Shown: positions 10,965-22,592 of the stretch, one piece after another
Layout: each line of letters begins with the position of its first letter
Numbering within the stretch: position 1 is the stretch's first letter
Source of the DNA: Fistulifera solaris
Lineage: Eukaryota
Assembly: GCA_030295235.1 (NCBI GenBank)
Contig: AP026147.1
Coordinates: 558,001-622,000 of the forward strand
Direction of reading: 5' to 3'
DNA length: 64,000 bases
The notes under the pieces: generated by a model
Database searches by the model: none
What the model saw: the letters and a program-made list of their open reading frames with translations, nothing else
Told to the model about the DNA's origin: nothing
Program-made: the position numbers and the translations under genes

Positions 10965-12725
10965 TCAAACGGGCAGACATTTGACAACTTGTTTCTTCGA
11001 GACTGGTGCCATAAACAATGGATGAACACATAGCTCAGGTACTTGGACATGCACGACATAATGACAAGTCGTATCCTCATTGACCGAAATAGCGTAAGCA
11101 CTGCCGCACGAATACCGAACGGAGGAAGATCGTTCCACTCCCCCGACGCCGGCGGATCCGGCCACAATCGCGGCATCCGTTACGTCCGTGTGGTCACACA
11201 CATCACCACCGGGATATTCAATTTCAAAGTAGGCGCCGTTTCCAACCCCCGACGATGCCGAGGAAGCGGCTTGTGTAGCCGGATCGGTGGCATTGCGCAC
11301 AAGTTTCCACTCGTCATTCGGATGTATTTCTCCGAGTGCCGAATCGTACAATCCGAGAATGTGTTCGGTATCGATTCGTCGCGTCATGATGACACCGCCA
11401 GAGCTGGTTTTCTCGGAAACAATCTCTTCGTGAAATTGGCGGACACGACGCATATGACAAAATTCGTACGTCCACCATGGCCCTGTACTGCTGGTGAGGC
11501 ATCGGTTGCCCAACGCCCTGTCTAAAATGTCTCGAACGCTGCCTTGGGGAAACTGGGAAGTATGGGTCCTTTGAGAACCGAATTGTGTAGCGAGTGACTT
11601 ACCCCTCAATGCCAAAGAAGTCTTCTGATTGCTGCCCAGTTGGAACATTTCCAAAGAAACCTCGCTGTTATCGTCGTTGTCTTCATTGACACACAGCAGC
11701 GAAGTGCACACAGTAACGTTGTATGTACAAGTAGGCTCTTCCACAATATTGGTCAAGGAGGCGATAGTCGTATCCAGTTTATTGCCATTCCGATGCAACA
11801 TGCCTTTGCCTTTGTCTAGAAATTTTTGGGAACAGCACATGAGATGAACATACGTCTTGCGATGTTCTCCTGTTTCGGGGCACAATTCTCCATTTCGGTA
11901 TTCATCCACCACACGCGCCAACTCCCTGCGATCCCCGAGCATGTTGTTCCGCGGTTCTATTTCGTTGAGATGTTCGACCAAGGTCGTACGCGCATGAAAT
12001 TTCCCCAAGGACGACACTTCTTCGACAGCCACGGCATGTTTCGCTCGCTTGGAACGCAACTTGACATGAAATTGTGACATACTTCCTTCGAAACACCATT
12101 CGTAGGACCACCAATCTCCCGTGTGTCGTTGCCCGCAAATGCCATCCAATTCTGACAATAACACTTGAACGGACACAATTTGATCATCATACGATAGTTT
12201 CTTGCGTTCTTCGGCCGAAAGGTCGTTAGTTAAGTCCGTTTGACCTTCGTATTGTGGTAATTCTCGTGTGTGAAGGGATGAGGGCGTCTCGTCGATGTCG
12301 TTGTAGCTACTTGTGGTCGTCGTCGACGGAGATAAGGGATGCGTGTTAAATTTGGGAGGTACAAACATACTTTCCGTAAGTGACTCTAGTAATAGTTCGT
12401 CTTCGCAGTAAAGACGACACACGTAAGATTGACCATGACGATCGGTGACTGGCATGAAAAATACATCATCGTCCGCTTTCGCGTCATCCTCATGATTATT
12501 CGATCGGCCTGACACTAGCAATGGAAGCTTGGCGAGTCGACTTTGTGTCGCTCGACTGAAACCTCCGTAAGGTGCTCCCGATCCCGAATGTGGATCAAAA
12601 ATGTTCGGATCGTATTCTTCATACAATGCCGCCTCAAAAGGAAACGGAAGATAACCCGAATGAGCCAACGGAATGTAGAGTAGAAACAAGAACTGGCTCG
12701 CGTGAATTGCTGGATGAAACGTCAT
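10965..12725 (-). CDS. OS-9/ERLEC1 (XTP3-B)-like ER lectin with two MRH (PRKCSH) domains
   Basis: Signal peptide. Two repeats WWSYEWC...SQFH and WWTYEFC...RQFH, each followed by a G-x-x-C and E-x-x-TC-x-Y motif. Confidence 0.88.
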   Translation of the reverse strand: MTFHPAIHASQFLFLLYIPLAHSGYLPFPFEAALYEEYDPNIFDPHSGSGAPYGGFSRATQSRLAKLPLLVSGRSNNHEDDAKADDDVFFMPVTDRHGQSYVCRLYCEDELLLESLTESMFVPPKFNTHPLSPSTTTTSSYNDIDETPSSLHTRELPQYEGQTDLTNDLSAEERKKLSYDDQIVSVQVLLSELDGICGQRHTGDWWSYEWCFEGSMSQFHVKLRSKRAKHAVAVEEVSSLGKFHARTTLVEHLNEIEPRNNMLGDRRELARVVDEYRNGELCPETGEHRKTYVHLMCCSQKFLDKGKGMLHRNGNKLDTTIASLTNIVEEPTCTYNVTVCTSLLCVNEDNDDNSEVSLEMFQLGSNQKTSLALRGKSLATQFGSQRTHTSQFPQGSVRDILDRALGNRCLTSSTGPWWTYEFCHMRRVRQFHEEIVSEKTSSGGVIMTRRIDTEHILGLYDSALGEIHPNDEWKLVRNATDPATQAASSASSGVGNGAYFEIEYPGGDVCDHTDVTDAAIVAGSAGVGGVERSSSVRYSCGSAYAISVNEDTTCHYVVHVQVPELCVHPLFMAPVSKKQVVKCLPV

Positions 12726-13084
12726 CTTTTCTTCGTTTCAAATGTATTTTAATTGCTGTTGCTTTGAATGGAAAAAAGATACTACGTAATAACAATAAAC
12801 AAAGAGACGTAGAGGTGCGATCGCATATCATGTGTTTTTTGTTGTTTTATTGTTTGTCGTCGTATGGTTCCTAAACCGTACCGTTAGTAAATGGTGGTAC
12901 TAAAATTACGTAGGCTTAGCGTACCACCGCACAGCAACATTGCGACAAAATGGAAAAGTTATGCGCTGTCTTTTCATTCCTTGTTATCAAGGTCCATCAA
13001 CATCATTACTTACCTTGCCTTCATCCATTTGACAGCAATATCCTTTTGTTTATTACTAAGACTTCCCTGTAGTGCATCAACAAC

Positions 13085-13546
13085 ATGTCGAAAATTCCGA
13101 TCAAACGAATGAACGATGTGATTGCAGAATTACAAAACGAGTCGTCGTCATGTCGAGTGCCTTCCTCCATCAACAAACACTCTATTTGTTCCCGATTAGC
13201 AGCCAATTTAATTGTAAACACTCTTTCGAATAACAACAAACGAGTGAAACGGTCGCACGATTTGCCGATGAGCACAGAATCAAGCGGTTCGAACGTAAAA
13301 GACAACAACCAGGCATCCCTCGCGGCAGCAACAACAACAACAGCATCACCGCCCGACGAGTCATCCTTGACACCCAGTCATTTGAATCATGTCGCAGCAG
13401 CGATAGCCGAGTTGCGAGAAGTCTATTTGTACGGATTATGTCAAGTATCCGACCTACAAGATTTGCAACATGCTCCGGATGCCATTTTGCCAGGAAATAT
13501 TGTCTACGAAGACGAATATGAAACCACCGCTTTGCAATCATCGTAA
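13085..13546 (+). CDS. Hypothetical protein, 153 aa
   Basis: ATG-initiated ORF in good AACATG context with coding-like composition. No recognisable domain. Confidence 0.55.
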   Translation: MSKIPIKRMNDVIAELQNESSSCRVPSSINKHSICSRLAANLIVNTLSNNNKRVKRSHDLPMSTESSGSNVKDNNQASLAAATTTTASPPDESSLTPSHLNHVAAAIAELREVYLYGLCQVSDLQDLQHAPDAILPGNIVYEDEYETTALQSS

Positions 13547-13675
13547 TGCGGATCATAAACATAAAAAGAGGAAATTAATAACAGCAGTAATAGCTGAATT
13601 ACCGGCGACGAGTATGAAGTGCTGTTTTCATGCACACTTTGAATTACATATCATTAGTGAAAGATAGTGTTACAT

Positions 13676-14332
13676 TTACGATGGTGAGATAGCCGGATCT
13701 AGTTCTGAACTCGACGATGACGACGGCTCTTCCGGAGAACCTCGAATTGCCGTGTTGTCCGGTTCACGCAATGCCTGACTCGTCTTTTGCACGGCCCGCT
13801 GGAACCCAATGTCGGCCCATGAGTGATGACTCTTCTCCAAAATCGACCTCCGTGATCCAAAAATCACTTGAACAATGCTTTGACTCACTAAGTGACGTTG
13901 TCGTTTGGGGACTTGGCGGTACATCGGTTTGTTGTGTTCCACAATACGGCGATAGATGCGATTGCCCAAATGTTGATTGATGGCACCCCCGCGGCCGGCG
14001 AGGACATCGTTCGGTTGCGGAGACAGGATAGGTGTGGGAGCCTTGGTTGTGTCCGGAGTTTGGTCTTTTGTAAACGAATCTTTCGGTGGAGTCGACCGCA
14101 AAAGACTCGCAGCGAATAGTAGACTAAGACCCTGTTTTGTTTCCTGGATATCACGTTCGGCAACTTGGACGGCCGTGTGTCGATGATTCGTCCCAGTGCA
14201 AGGACTATCTGAGCAAACTGGAGAGTTGGTTTGAAGTATAGGGAACGGCGGAGGTTTGGATGTCGGGAGTGATTCGAGAGTGCATCTTGTTAAACTCGTT
14301 GATACTTTGTGGTTATCGTCTGCGAAGGTCAT
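13676..14332 (-). CDS. DUF6824-domain protein (diatom-expanded family)
   Basis: PQPNDVLAGRGGAINQHLGNRIYRRIV...KTSQALRE motif. Start taken at MTFADD. The GGRFL segment appears disrupted, probably by small indels. Confidence 0.8.
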   Translation of the reverse strand: MTFADDNHKVSTSLTRCTLESLPTSKPPPFPILQTNSPVCSDSPCTGTNHRHTAVQVAERDIQETKQGLSLLFAASLLRSTPPKDSFTKDQTPDTTKAPTPILSPQPNDVLAGRGGAINQHLGNRIYRRIVEHNKPMYRQVPKRQRHLVSQSIVQVIFGSRRSILEKSHHSWADIGFQRAVQKTSQALREPDNTAIRGSPEEPSSSSSSELDPAISPS

Positions 14333-14947
14333 GATGATGTTAAAAGGTGTAGTGTAAAGATGAAGGAGTGAATTTTGTGACGATGATGATGAAGTGCGAA
14401 GTGAATGACGGAACTTATACGGCGATCCGCGGCATGAAATCGAAGGTGATGCAATCAAAGTGGATATCAAGCGCTGCCAATTCTTACGTACGAACTGGAT
14501 ATGGGCAGGGAAAGTGGAGCAATCAACGTGACCGGGGCATCAATTGTAATGCCGACGCAAAGTAAAATTCCTCCCAAGAAAGCGAGCTGTTGGCTTTCCA
14601 CCGTCTCTCTCGCAGCCGGCAACACAGATCGATTCAGCCGACCCTATCCGAGAAATCCCTAAATATTTTGATGCTGAAAGTCGTCCACGAAACGGCCTCA
14701 CAGCTTATCTAAGCAACACATGAAGATTGATTTGCCATCGATTTTATCGGCAAATAACTTTCCGGCACCCAACTTCAACCAAACAGCTGGACCGCATTTT
14801 CTTTTCGTCGGTCCGTGATGTTTTTGGCGCGACGACGACGTGGGGTCATTAATGAGTCCCGGAGACCATTGTAATTCAATCTTTAATGACTAAACCTTGA
14901 ACCTTACTGTACAAGGTATACATAGCACATAGCTTCTACTTAGCTTA

Positions 14948-17693
14948 CCATTCGGGTCAAATGAGTTTCTAAGTACTCTTTAGGTCTATACTCTTTGCCG
15001 TCACGTAAAAGCACGTAGAAAACCATGAAATGCCGATCGCAGCAAGATTAAATAAAGCTCTTCAAACCATTCATTTGATTGTTACTCGTTGTCATTCTCT
15101 TCGTCGCTTGCTTCGTCATTCTCATTTTCGTTGTTGTTCTCTTGATCTTCGTCGTTTATGTCGTTGTGGGCGTTCAGCAAATCGTCAATCGTTGGGTCTC
15201 TGAAGAGTTTGCCTCGTTCCGACTCGACCAGATTGTTGCCGCCTTTGTCGTCCACAATCAATTTCAAAACACGCCGCAATCGCTTCCACACGTTTAGAAA
15301 TGCTTGAGGTGAAAGATGGTGCTCCCATGCCTCTTCAATTGATCGTGCAAGCGCATCGCAATCGGGTCGTTTTCCGTGATGAACCTTTTCGACCTTGTTT
15401 TGAATGCTCATCCAGACTCCGAGATCAAGCATGTTTGTTTCGGGCGACCGAGGAACTTGCCAGACAATCTCAACGTTGTATTCGCTCTCCAATTTTCTTC
15501 TGTATTCTTCTTTGGCTAGCTGTGTTCCGTGTCCTCCTGCGTTATCCATCACCAGATAAATTTTCTCGTTCTTGTCCACCCAGTGAAATTTTTCTCGAAG
15601 TGCTTGACCGACTTGGTGCATAATGCTCAGCATGAAGGAAGAATCACAGGAAATGTCCACCTCGACTTTATGCCCTGCCGGGTAATAGCAACGAACTTCA
15701 AGCTCTTTGATGTCGAAGTCACACAGCTGATCATCCTCGTCTAAAGGTCTCTTTGTGACTGTGTTGCGAAATTGCAGGACTGCAGCCACTTCGTCGCGAA
15801 GCTCATAGAAATCGGAAAGTGCATCGAAAAACTCGCCCACTGTCATATCACCACAGATGTCTTTCAAATCATTGTAAAGGGCTCTCCAAGAGCCGTTCTT
15901 GATCTCGTTGTTGATCGAAATGCTGTCGTGAAACTTGTAACTTGGTGTTGCTCGGCTGTACTCTTTCTCTTTACTAACCCTTTTCATAAAGACTCTTCCG
16001 TCAAAATCTTTCGACTTCCTGGGCCTTGCAACAACGCCAAGGTACATGACCTTGACCGCATGTCGTCTGGAGCTGATTTTTGGTTGCTCGTACCGGATAG
16101 TTTCATCACCTACTGGAGGAAGTTGCTTCATCTTGTGCCGTCGATTTTCCGTGTACATCCATTTCTCATCAAGATAGGCGACAGCAATTCTCTTGTTTGT
16201 CACCTTTTCGAAATGTGTTTGTGACCAAATGACTCTGCTTGCTTTGTGTTCTTTAGTCAAAGGGGTCGGGGTGTCACGCTCCGTTCAACTCCGTTGTTCG
16301 CTCTAAACCACTCAGCAACCTGCCTTCGGTCGAGTTTCAATAATGCCGGTCTTTCATCTTTGGGGTCGGCGCTTTTCAAAATCATGAGCTCAGCCAATTC
16401 ATGGAAAGTTGCTTTGGGACCTCGAATTCTCTGCGCGTAGCGGAACAATTCTCGCACATATCCTGGATATTTCTGGTCGAGGATTTCAAGAAGCTTTTCG
16501 CTCCCTTTGTGGTACTTTCGAAGTCCTTGTGTGGGCTCGCCAGCAAGCAACCGCTTATCAAGAGTCTTCTGCCATATAAATACTTGAGTAGCGCCGAGCG
16601 GTTTCTTGTAGCCGCAATCAAATGCCATTTGTCTGCAGGCTGCCGTTGCAATTCGCATCTTCTCGTTGTAAGTTTTATTGTCGTCTAGAAAGCCCCAGTT
16701 GAAAGCTTGGATCAGAATCAGGGCGCGCTCTTGTTCAGTGAACTGCTTTCGTTTATGTAGCTCAATGATTTTGTCGTCCGATTGACGAACGTAGCGCGGA
16801 ACCCTTTCGAATGCAAGCGCCAGTGCATATGTGATGGCGTTTTCGATCTCATCTTCTCTCGATAGTGGCACAGCAAAGATTTCTTGTTCTTGTTCTTGTT
16901 CAAGAACAGCGTTAGCTAGTAAGTGCAGATTTTCTTGTTCATTTGCTGGGCGTACATGCTCGATTTGGTGTTCGCGGAGTACGTCTGAAGCAAGGCGGCA
17001 TTTTTGCGGAGCTTGTCATCGGTCATCCCGGGAGGTCCCGGAGCTAACTCAGAAGCAACCATACGGGCACATTCCTTGACCTTAGAATACAAAGGTTGCC
17101 CAACACAAAAGTAGAAAGCCTGCTTGCTGTGTGGTGGACGATAGATGGAAATATGAATTTTCTTTCGTCCCATCTTGTCCACGAGTGTATCAAGCGCTTC
17201 TTTCATCACAAAAAGTTTTTCGACTCCCAAAACCACTTTCTTCTCCAAAATTTTGACATAAATCAATAAAGGACATATGTTCTCCCAATCGACTGAAGTT
17301 GCGCCCATCGTTTTTATTGTTTTCTGGCAATAATCGCCACCAGATACCGGGAGTGGCATGACGAAACAATGCCACGACAACCGACCAAATATCTTCGCAC
17401 TCCGGGGCTCTGCTTGTGTTGTTTTGCACCGATCTATCACTCCTTCGTCGCTTGTTTGAATGGTGCAAAACAACACAAGCTCGCCCAGAATTGATTTCAC
17501 TGCTGCGTCGTCGAGTCGCCATGGTCGGATGCATTTTTGCGCGATAATGTCGTGAAGAAAAAATGTGTTCAGTGGGAAAGGCAAGGTGTCGCTTCAAACG
17601 GTATACGATTTCTGTCGTAGAAACACACTTATGTATATAGTAATCATGTCCTATATATTTTATAGTACTCAGAAACTCATTTGACCCGAATGG
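14948..17693 (-). mobile_element. Full-length Tc1/mariner (DD39D, plant-mariner-like) DNA transposon, 2746 bp
   Basis: 30-bp TIRs CCATTCGGGTCAAATGAGTTTCT(A/G)AGTACT at 14948-14977 and 17664-17693 (29/30 identical). TA dinucleotide on both sides (14946-14947, 17694-17695). Internal transposase. Confidence 0.95.
15082..17359 (-). CDS. DD39D mariner-type transposase, ~759 aa when two homopolymer frameshifts are corrected
   Basis: Catalytic motifs YLDEKW, VMDNAGGH, QVPRSPETNMLDLG, with 39 residues between the last two Asp. ORFs 16916-17584, 16257-16871 and 15082-16260 join in frame by adding one base at T5 17001-17005 and at A3 16259-16261. The start codon is uncertain. Confidence 0.85.
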
Positions 17694-18020
17694 TATTACC
17701 ACTAGCGTGCCAAACATTTACGACAGGATGATAGGTATCAGGTACAGTAATAACTCCCATTTCCTCGCATATATTTACACTAACAATTACAATATTTGCT
17801 TAACTAGAGCAGAGTTTCGAATAGAGGAGACAAGGATAGAGTACTTGGTAGTCAAGAAACAAGGCTATTGAGTCGCTTATCTTTGCAAACCTAAAGAGCG
17901 GTATGAGCATCTGACTTTTTGAAAAATTGTCGACTCGCTAGGAAATTGATGGTGTTATACGTTATCGTTTCCTAGTTACACAATGACTCACGTTCCGAAT
18001 GTATCTGCCTGACGTCTTCC

Positions 18021-18416
18021 CTAAGGGAAAGCGTCATGCTGAGGAAGTTCGGGGAACATCACATCTTGATCACCCTTATCAGCGACAAAGATGTGGCAAG
18101 TGGGCTTGACCGTGGGTCCTCCCTCCAAAGCTCCCAAAGGAGCAACCTTACCCGAGGGAAGGATTTTGTAGCAGAACGATCCGCATTTCGCGCAAGAATT
18201 ACGAACCACACCAGAACCAGGGGTCTTTTCGAACCCAATCAGATCATCACCTCCCTTGATGATCTCTACATCGGACCAGACACCGAGTTGCATCGCTGCA
18301 CCGGTCTGCTTGCGACAAGAATGGCAGTGACACCAACAGGCCAACGCAGGGTCACCGGTCACTTTGGCTTCGAACGAGCCGCACATGCAGCTCCAAGTAC
18401 GAGTCACTTCCGCCAT
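18021..18416 (-). CDS. GFA/CENP-V (Mss4-like) zinc-binding protein
   Basis: CMCG...CWCHCHSCRKQTG...CAKCGS...PTCHIFV pattern. Confidence 0.9.
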   Translation of the reverse strand: MAEVTRTWSCMCGSFEAKVTGDPALACWCHCHSCRKQTGAAMQLGVWSDVEIIKGGDDLIGFEKTPGSGVVRNSCAKCGSFCYKILPSGKVAPLGALEGGPTVKPTCHIFVADKGDQDVMFPELPQHDAFP

Positions 18417-19142
18417 GTTGTCTCAGGAATGTCGTTAAAGGGGATAAAGATGATCCAGTGGTAGATTTCACAAACACTCAACACAAGTTCTTGTGTCAAT
18501 TATTTGACAAAAGTGTTCGAAACTGTTCGAAATATTGTTCGTCGGGCGCAGAACGATCGCACCACAATAAAATCGAAAGGAGGGGCGCCCTTGGGTGCGC
18601 CATTTTGCGCGCTTGGGTAGTATGTATACACACAAAGTGTAGCCGTTGTCAATCAAAAGATCTATTTTTACTGTGCGGGTTACAGTAAACTAATTCAACC
18701 CGTAAATTGTTGACGTCGGAAACGGTACGGTACTGGCACTAGAGAGATGGGTTTCGTCGGCTTCTGGCTTTTCGCACTCGATGGCTATGGTTTCACCGCC
18801 TCGTGGTACGATTATCTTAAGAAGTATTTGATAGGTAGTGAACACGAAAAGGATCCTTGGCATCATGATACAAGTGTTTACCGTGGCTAATCACGTGATG
18901 ATGAGATTACAACCGGAAGGGCAGGATTGAACGTTGTCGGGCTAGGATCTATTTTTTTCCTTCTATAATATGACACGCATTCAGAGAATTAGTCACTAAA
19001 AATATCCGGAAACAACTGTGTGTTTACCTTTCTCCTTCGTCCTTTCTTCGTTTCGCCAGAGTTCGGACATCGCGTTGGACATATGTTAGAATAAACGGCG
19101 AGCTTTGGCCAGTATTTTCAATCTAATAATAGTCTGACCATT

Positions 19143-19836
19143 CTAATTTATCCTCTGATCATCACTCTTTTGCATTAATCGCGTCCAAGACTGCAACAAC
19201 TCATCAATATTTGCTCCCAATAAAGTCCCGCATCCACCCCAAACCAGTCGATCCGGCACATCCCATATATCGTCTCCCACATATTTGATGAATTGGAACC
19301 CCGCATGACGGTAATACCGTACCAATCGCTTGTGTTGCTTTTCTTCATCATCTATTGCCAAAAATTCGGCCTTTTTACAACCTTTTTCTTGTCCATGCAA
19401 CAAACACAAATATCCCATCAGTAACCCGACTCCCAACGAAACTCCACCGCCCGTAAAAGCCGGGTTTTCGGCACGCGCTCGTTGTACCATGGGACGAAAG
19501 ACTTCCATTTTATCCAAATGCAGTAATGGTGAGGGACGCAAAACGCCTTCCACGTATCCCAATACTTGTGTAGTATTGTGTTGCGACCGCGCGACGCAAC
19601 GGTACGCGGGGCCGAGTGTCGTAAACGTCAATACAATCCCCCTGTCGTTGCGCATATTCTTCCAGCTGTTGTCGATTCCATGCGGTTGTGGTCGACTGAG
19701 ATGTCGAAAAGGATAATAATGCAGTGCGGTGCGGATGGGCGGTGGATGTATGATGTATCAAGAAACTGCTGCCACGTAAAAAGATGCATCCGTGAAATAC
19801 GATGACACTCAGTAATATAGATAAATGATTCCTCAT
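19143..19836 (-). CDS. Conserved plastid-type hypothetical protein (GNAT-like C-terminus)
   Basis: Signal peptide plus SSF start in ORF 19510-19836. Frameshift at a G run near 19640 into the frame with LAIDDEEKQHKRLVRYY...GF...DRLVWGGCGT, a motif I recall from cyanobacterial/plant uncharacterised proteins. Confidence 0.65.
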
Positions 19837-19979
19837 TCAAGTTTTTTTGGTTGAAAAGGAGGAAGACGAACAGATGGATTCGACGGAGCCAAAACATATA
19901 TCATTTATTATCTTCGATTACTTTTCGCATTTTTGTGGCTGATTCCCCCATTGTTATTTATTGCGGCGGTGGTGTGGTT

Positions 19980-20105
19980 ATTTCACGTCTCCATAAAATC
20001 TGGGTGAGTTCTGATTTCACGTCTCCATAAAATCTGGGTGAGTTCTGATTTCACGTCTGCATAAAATCTGGGTGAGTTCTGATTTCACGTCTGCATAAAA
20101 CCTGG
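19980..20105. repeat. 34-bp minisatellite, ~3.7 copies
   Basis: Unit ATTTCACGTCT(C/G)CATAAAATCTGGGTGAGTTCTG starting at 19980, 20014 and 20048, with a partial copy at 20082. Confidence 0.95.
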
Positions 20106-20165
20106 ACATTTGCCGATTTATTCACGTCTCCGTGCTTACTTCATTATACTCATTACACCTCAATA

Positions 20166-21065
20166 ATGGTTTTGAATGCAATCGAATGGAGAATGAGTGA
20201 CAAAAGCAATAATGCTATGCAGAACCAAATCATGGCATTTACTGTGCCTCTTCAAAATGCTGCAACAATACTTGACGGCCGTCAATTCTCTTTCTTTGTG
20301 ACGACGACAGTCACGAGCATTCTCTCGCGTCCCGAAGCGGCGACCGTCATCAACGAAATCCTTTTTCCTCAACAAGACTACGGTCAACGTATTGCACTGG
20401 GACGTCGTGCACAAGGATTAAGTGCGGACGACAACGATGGATCATTACTACAAGGAAATGATGAACGCTTGTATCAAACGTACGGAGAGTTTCCTCTCTC
20501 CAGTTTAGACTCTTTGCTCGACCGTGCTATGTCCATCAACGATAAACTATTCAAGAACAAGAAAGATGGATTGAAAGTTGTTGACTTGGGGTCAGGATGT
20601 GGACGTTTGGTGTATTATTTGGGGTTATCAAGACCCAATTGGATCCTTCACGGAATCGAACTGTCGCCCTTGTTGCATCAAGAAGCTCTCATCGCACAGA
20701 ATCGAGCTCTATCGCGCGGTTTACTAAAGCCATTTTCGTCATCATCTGTTTCGACTTCCTCCGGTCGAATATCCTTTCATCAAGGACCCGCGGACGAATG
20801 GGGTGATGTTTTAGGGAAGGCCGACATTGTCTTTGCGTACTCAACCGCTTGGGAGTGTCAAGGATTCTCACCCGAAACAGGGACCATGATTCTCAGTGAT
20901 GAATGGAATCAGTTGTTCAGTGAGTATTGTTCTGAAGCATTAGTCATTACAACAGATCGAAGTTTGAATGCGAACGAGTGGACCATTATTGATCGGTTGG
21001 AAGTTCCAAATCCTGAAGTATGGAACAGCATAGGCTATCTACAAGTGTATCGAAACGAGAACTAA
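20166..21065 (+). CDS. Class I SAM-dependent methyltransferase (DOT1-like motif set)
   Basis: TYGEFP...VVDLGSGCGRL...GIELSP...ADIVFAY. Confidence 0.8.
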   Translation: MVLNAIEWRMSDKSNNAMQNQIMAFTVPLQNAATILDGRQFSFFVTTTVTSILSRPEAATVINEILFPQQDYGQRIALGRRAQGLSADDNDGSLLQGNDERLYQTYGEFPLSSLDSLLDRAMSINDKLFKNKKDGLKVVDLGSGCGRLVYYLGLSRPNWILHGIELSPLLHQEALIAQNRALSRGLLKPFSSSSVSTSSGRISFHQGPADEWGDVLGKADIVFAYSTAWECQGFSPETGTMILSDEWNQLFSEYCSEALVITTDRSLNANEWTIIDRLEVPNPEVWNSIGYLQVYRNEN

Positions 21066-21145
21066 GACAACATCATGCAGAGACGACTTCCCTTCTATAA
21101 CAGTTTCTAATAGGAAATATGCTTTAGCTTTAGTTGAATTATAAC

Positions 21146-22443
21146 TCATGAGGATTGAGACTCGTCAACCTTGGCGTATTCAGCTTCCACGAGTGTCAAA
21201 TACTGATCGACTCGCCCCACAAAAGCCATGGCCGCCGGTATCGACCGATTGATTAAATTGACATTTTTATTGTCTTTGAATTTGTGCATACTCGCGTGTG
21301 TCGCGGACTTCCAGAAGCGTCCCAGAAAGAAGCGAAAATAGTCCACCACCGCAAATTGGTATTGCCGCCATACCACATCCCACGAATAGGCCGATGCATT
21401 CGATGCATCTAAATGATCTTGGACCGTTTTCCAGTAATACCTCACTAGTTCCATTTCACTGGTCTCCAAATCTTTCGGCACCAAACAATGATGAAGATGC
21501 ATCGCCACATCGGTCACACCCAATCCAATGCCGACCGATGCAAAGTCCACCAACACGGCCGATTTTGTCGTATTTCGCGGTAAAAAGACATTCATCGATT
21601 TGTAGTCCCCGTGACAGATGGTGGCAAAGGGACTGTTCGGTGTCACAGACAATTGATCCGAGACGTATTGGGCGACAACCTGTACGCGCCGACCCAAATG
21701 CGTGCGACTCCACGAAAATGCTTCCAATTCCTCCGCAAATTCGTGCGCGAAATGATCCCATGCCGCTACTATGTTTTTGAGTTCCTTGGGATTCCGCATA
21801 CTCAAATGAAAACTGGAACGTGACAATTGTGTGGCGGCCTGTTGCAACAGTTCGACGTTTTGCGACGCGGCCGCGTGCAATTGTGCCACCGCTTGGAGTG
21901 ACATGTGACATTGTGATACTGTCAATGGTGAATCTTGCAAATACTCTGTGTCATTCAAATACTCTAATATTAACGTCCCGTGCTGTTGTTGAGGGTGGGG
22001 TAATTGCTCTGGATAGAGTTGCATCATGCGTTCCTCGGCTGGTTGAAATCCATCTTCCTCTTCAGGAATCCATTCGCTGAGATGATAGTCGGCCATATAA
22101 ACGTTGGGAAACAACGAGGGAGGTCCGCATTGTGACGCGAATTGTCGATAAAATCGAGCTTCGGTGCGTGCATATAACAAAGTCCGTCGCATGTCGGGCC
22201 AATCGGATTTGGTCGAAAGATAACGCGCCGCCTCGACGCGTTTGATAAAGTAGCAGCGACTTTCGTCTTGCTTCGTTTCGTCGGTTGATGAATTGGGATT
22301 AATTTGTACGATATAACCAATCGCGCTGGCTTGTTCAATCGTTTTTATTATCTGTAAAGAGTCTATCGAGACGTCGGGGAGCGCCTTTTGACTAGAAGCA
22401 ATAATTGTTGTTCGGTTGATTCTGCGATCGTTGTTGTCGTCAT
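21146..22443 (-). CDS. APH/choline kinase/EcKinase-like phosphotransferase
   Basis: EARFY, LILEYL, TICHGDYKSMNVF and LVDFASVG motifs. 5' extension to ATG 22443 needs one indel at the T run near 22387. Confidence 0.8.
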
Positions 22444-22592
22444 GTTGAACAAACTCCCGTTTCCCTCTTGCTGAATACTTAGTTGCAGGAATGGAATCAA
22501 TGAAACAATAACAAAACGGTAGGCTATCCTTTGCGAAGCAACAAGAGAAGAATAGGCGGCTTTTTCGTCGTCGTCGTCATTGAACCCCGAGA

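Noticed and set aside
16916..17584. Separate cargo gene (e.g. Fanzor/TnpB) inside the mariner element
   Set aside because: No RuvC or zinc-finger motifs, and it joins the transposase frame with one added base in a homopolymer.
19980..20105. CRISPR-like 34-bp repeats
   Set aside because: Head-to-tail copies without spacers, so a minisatellite.
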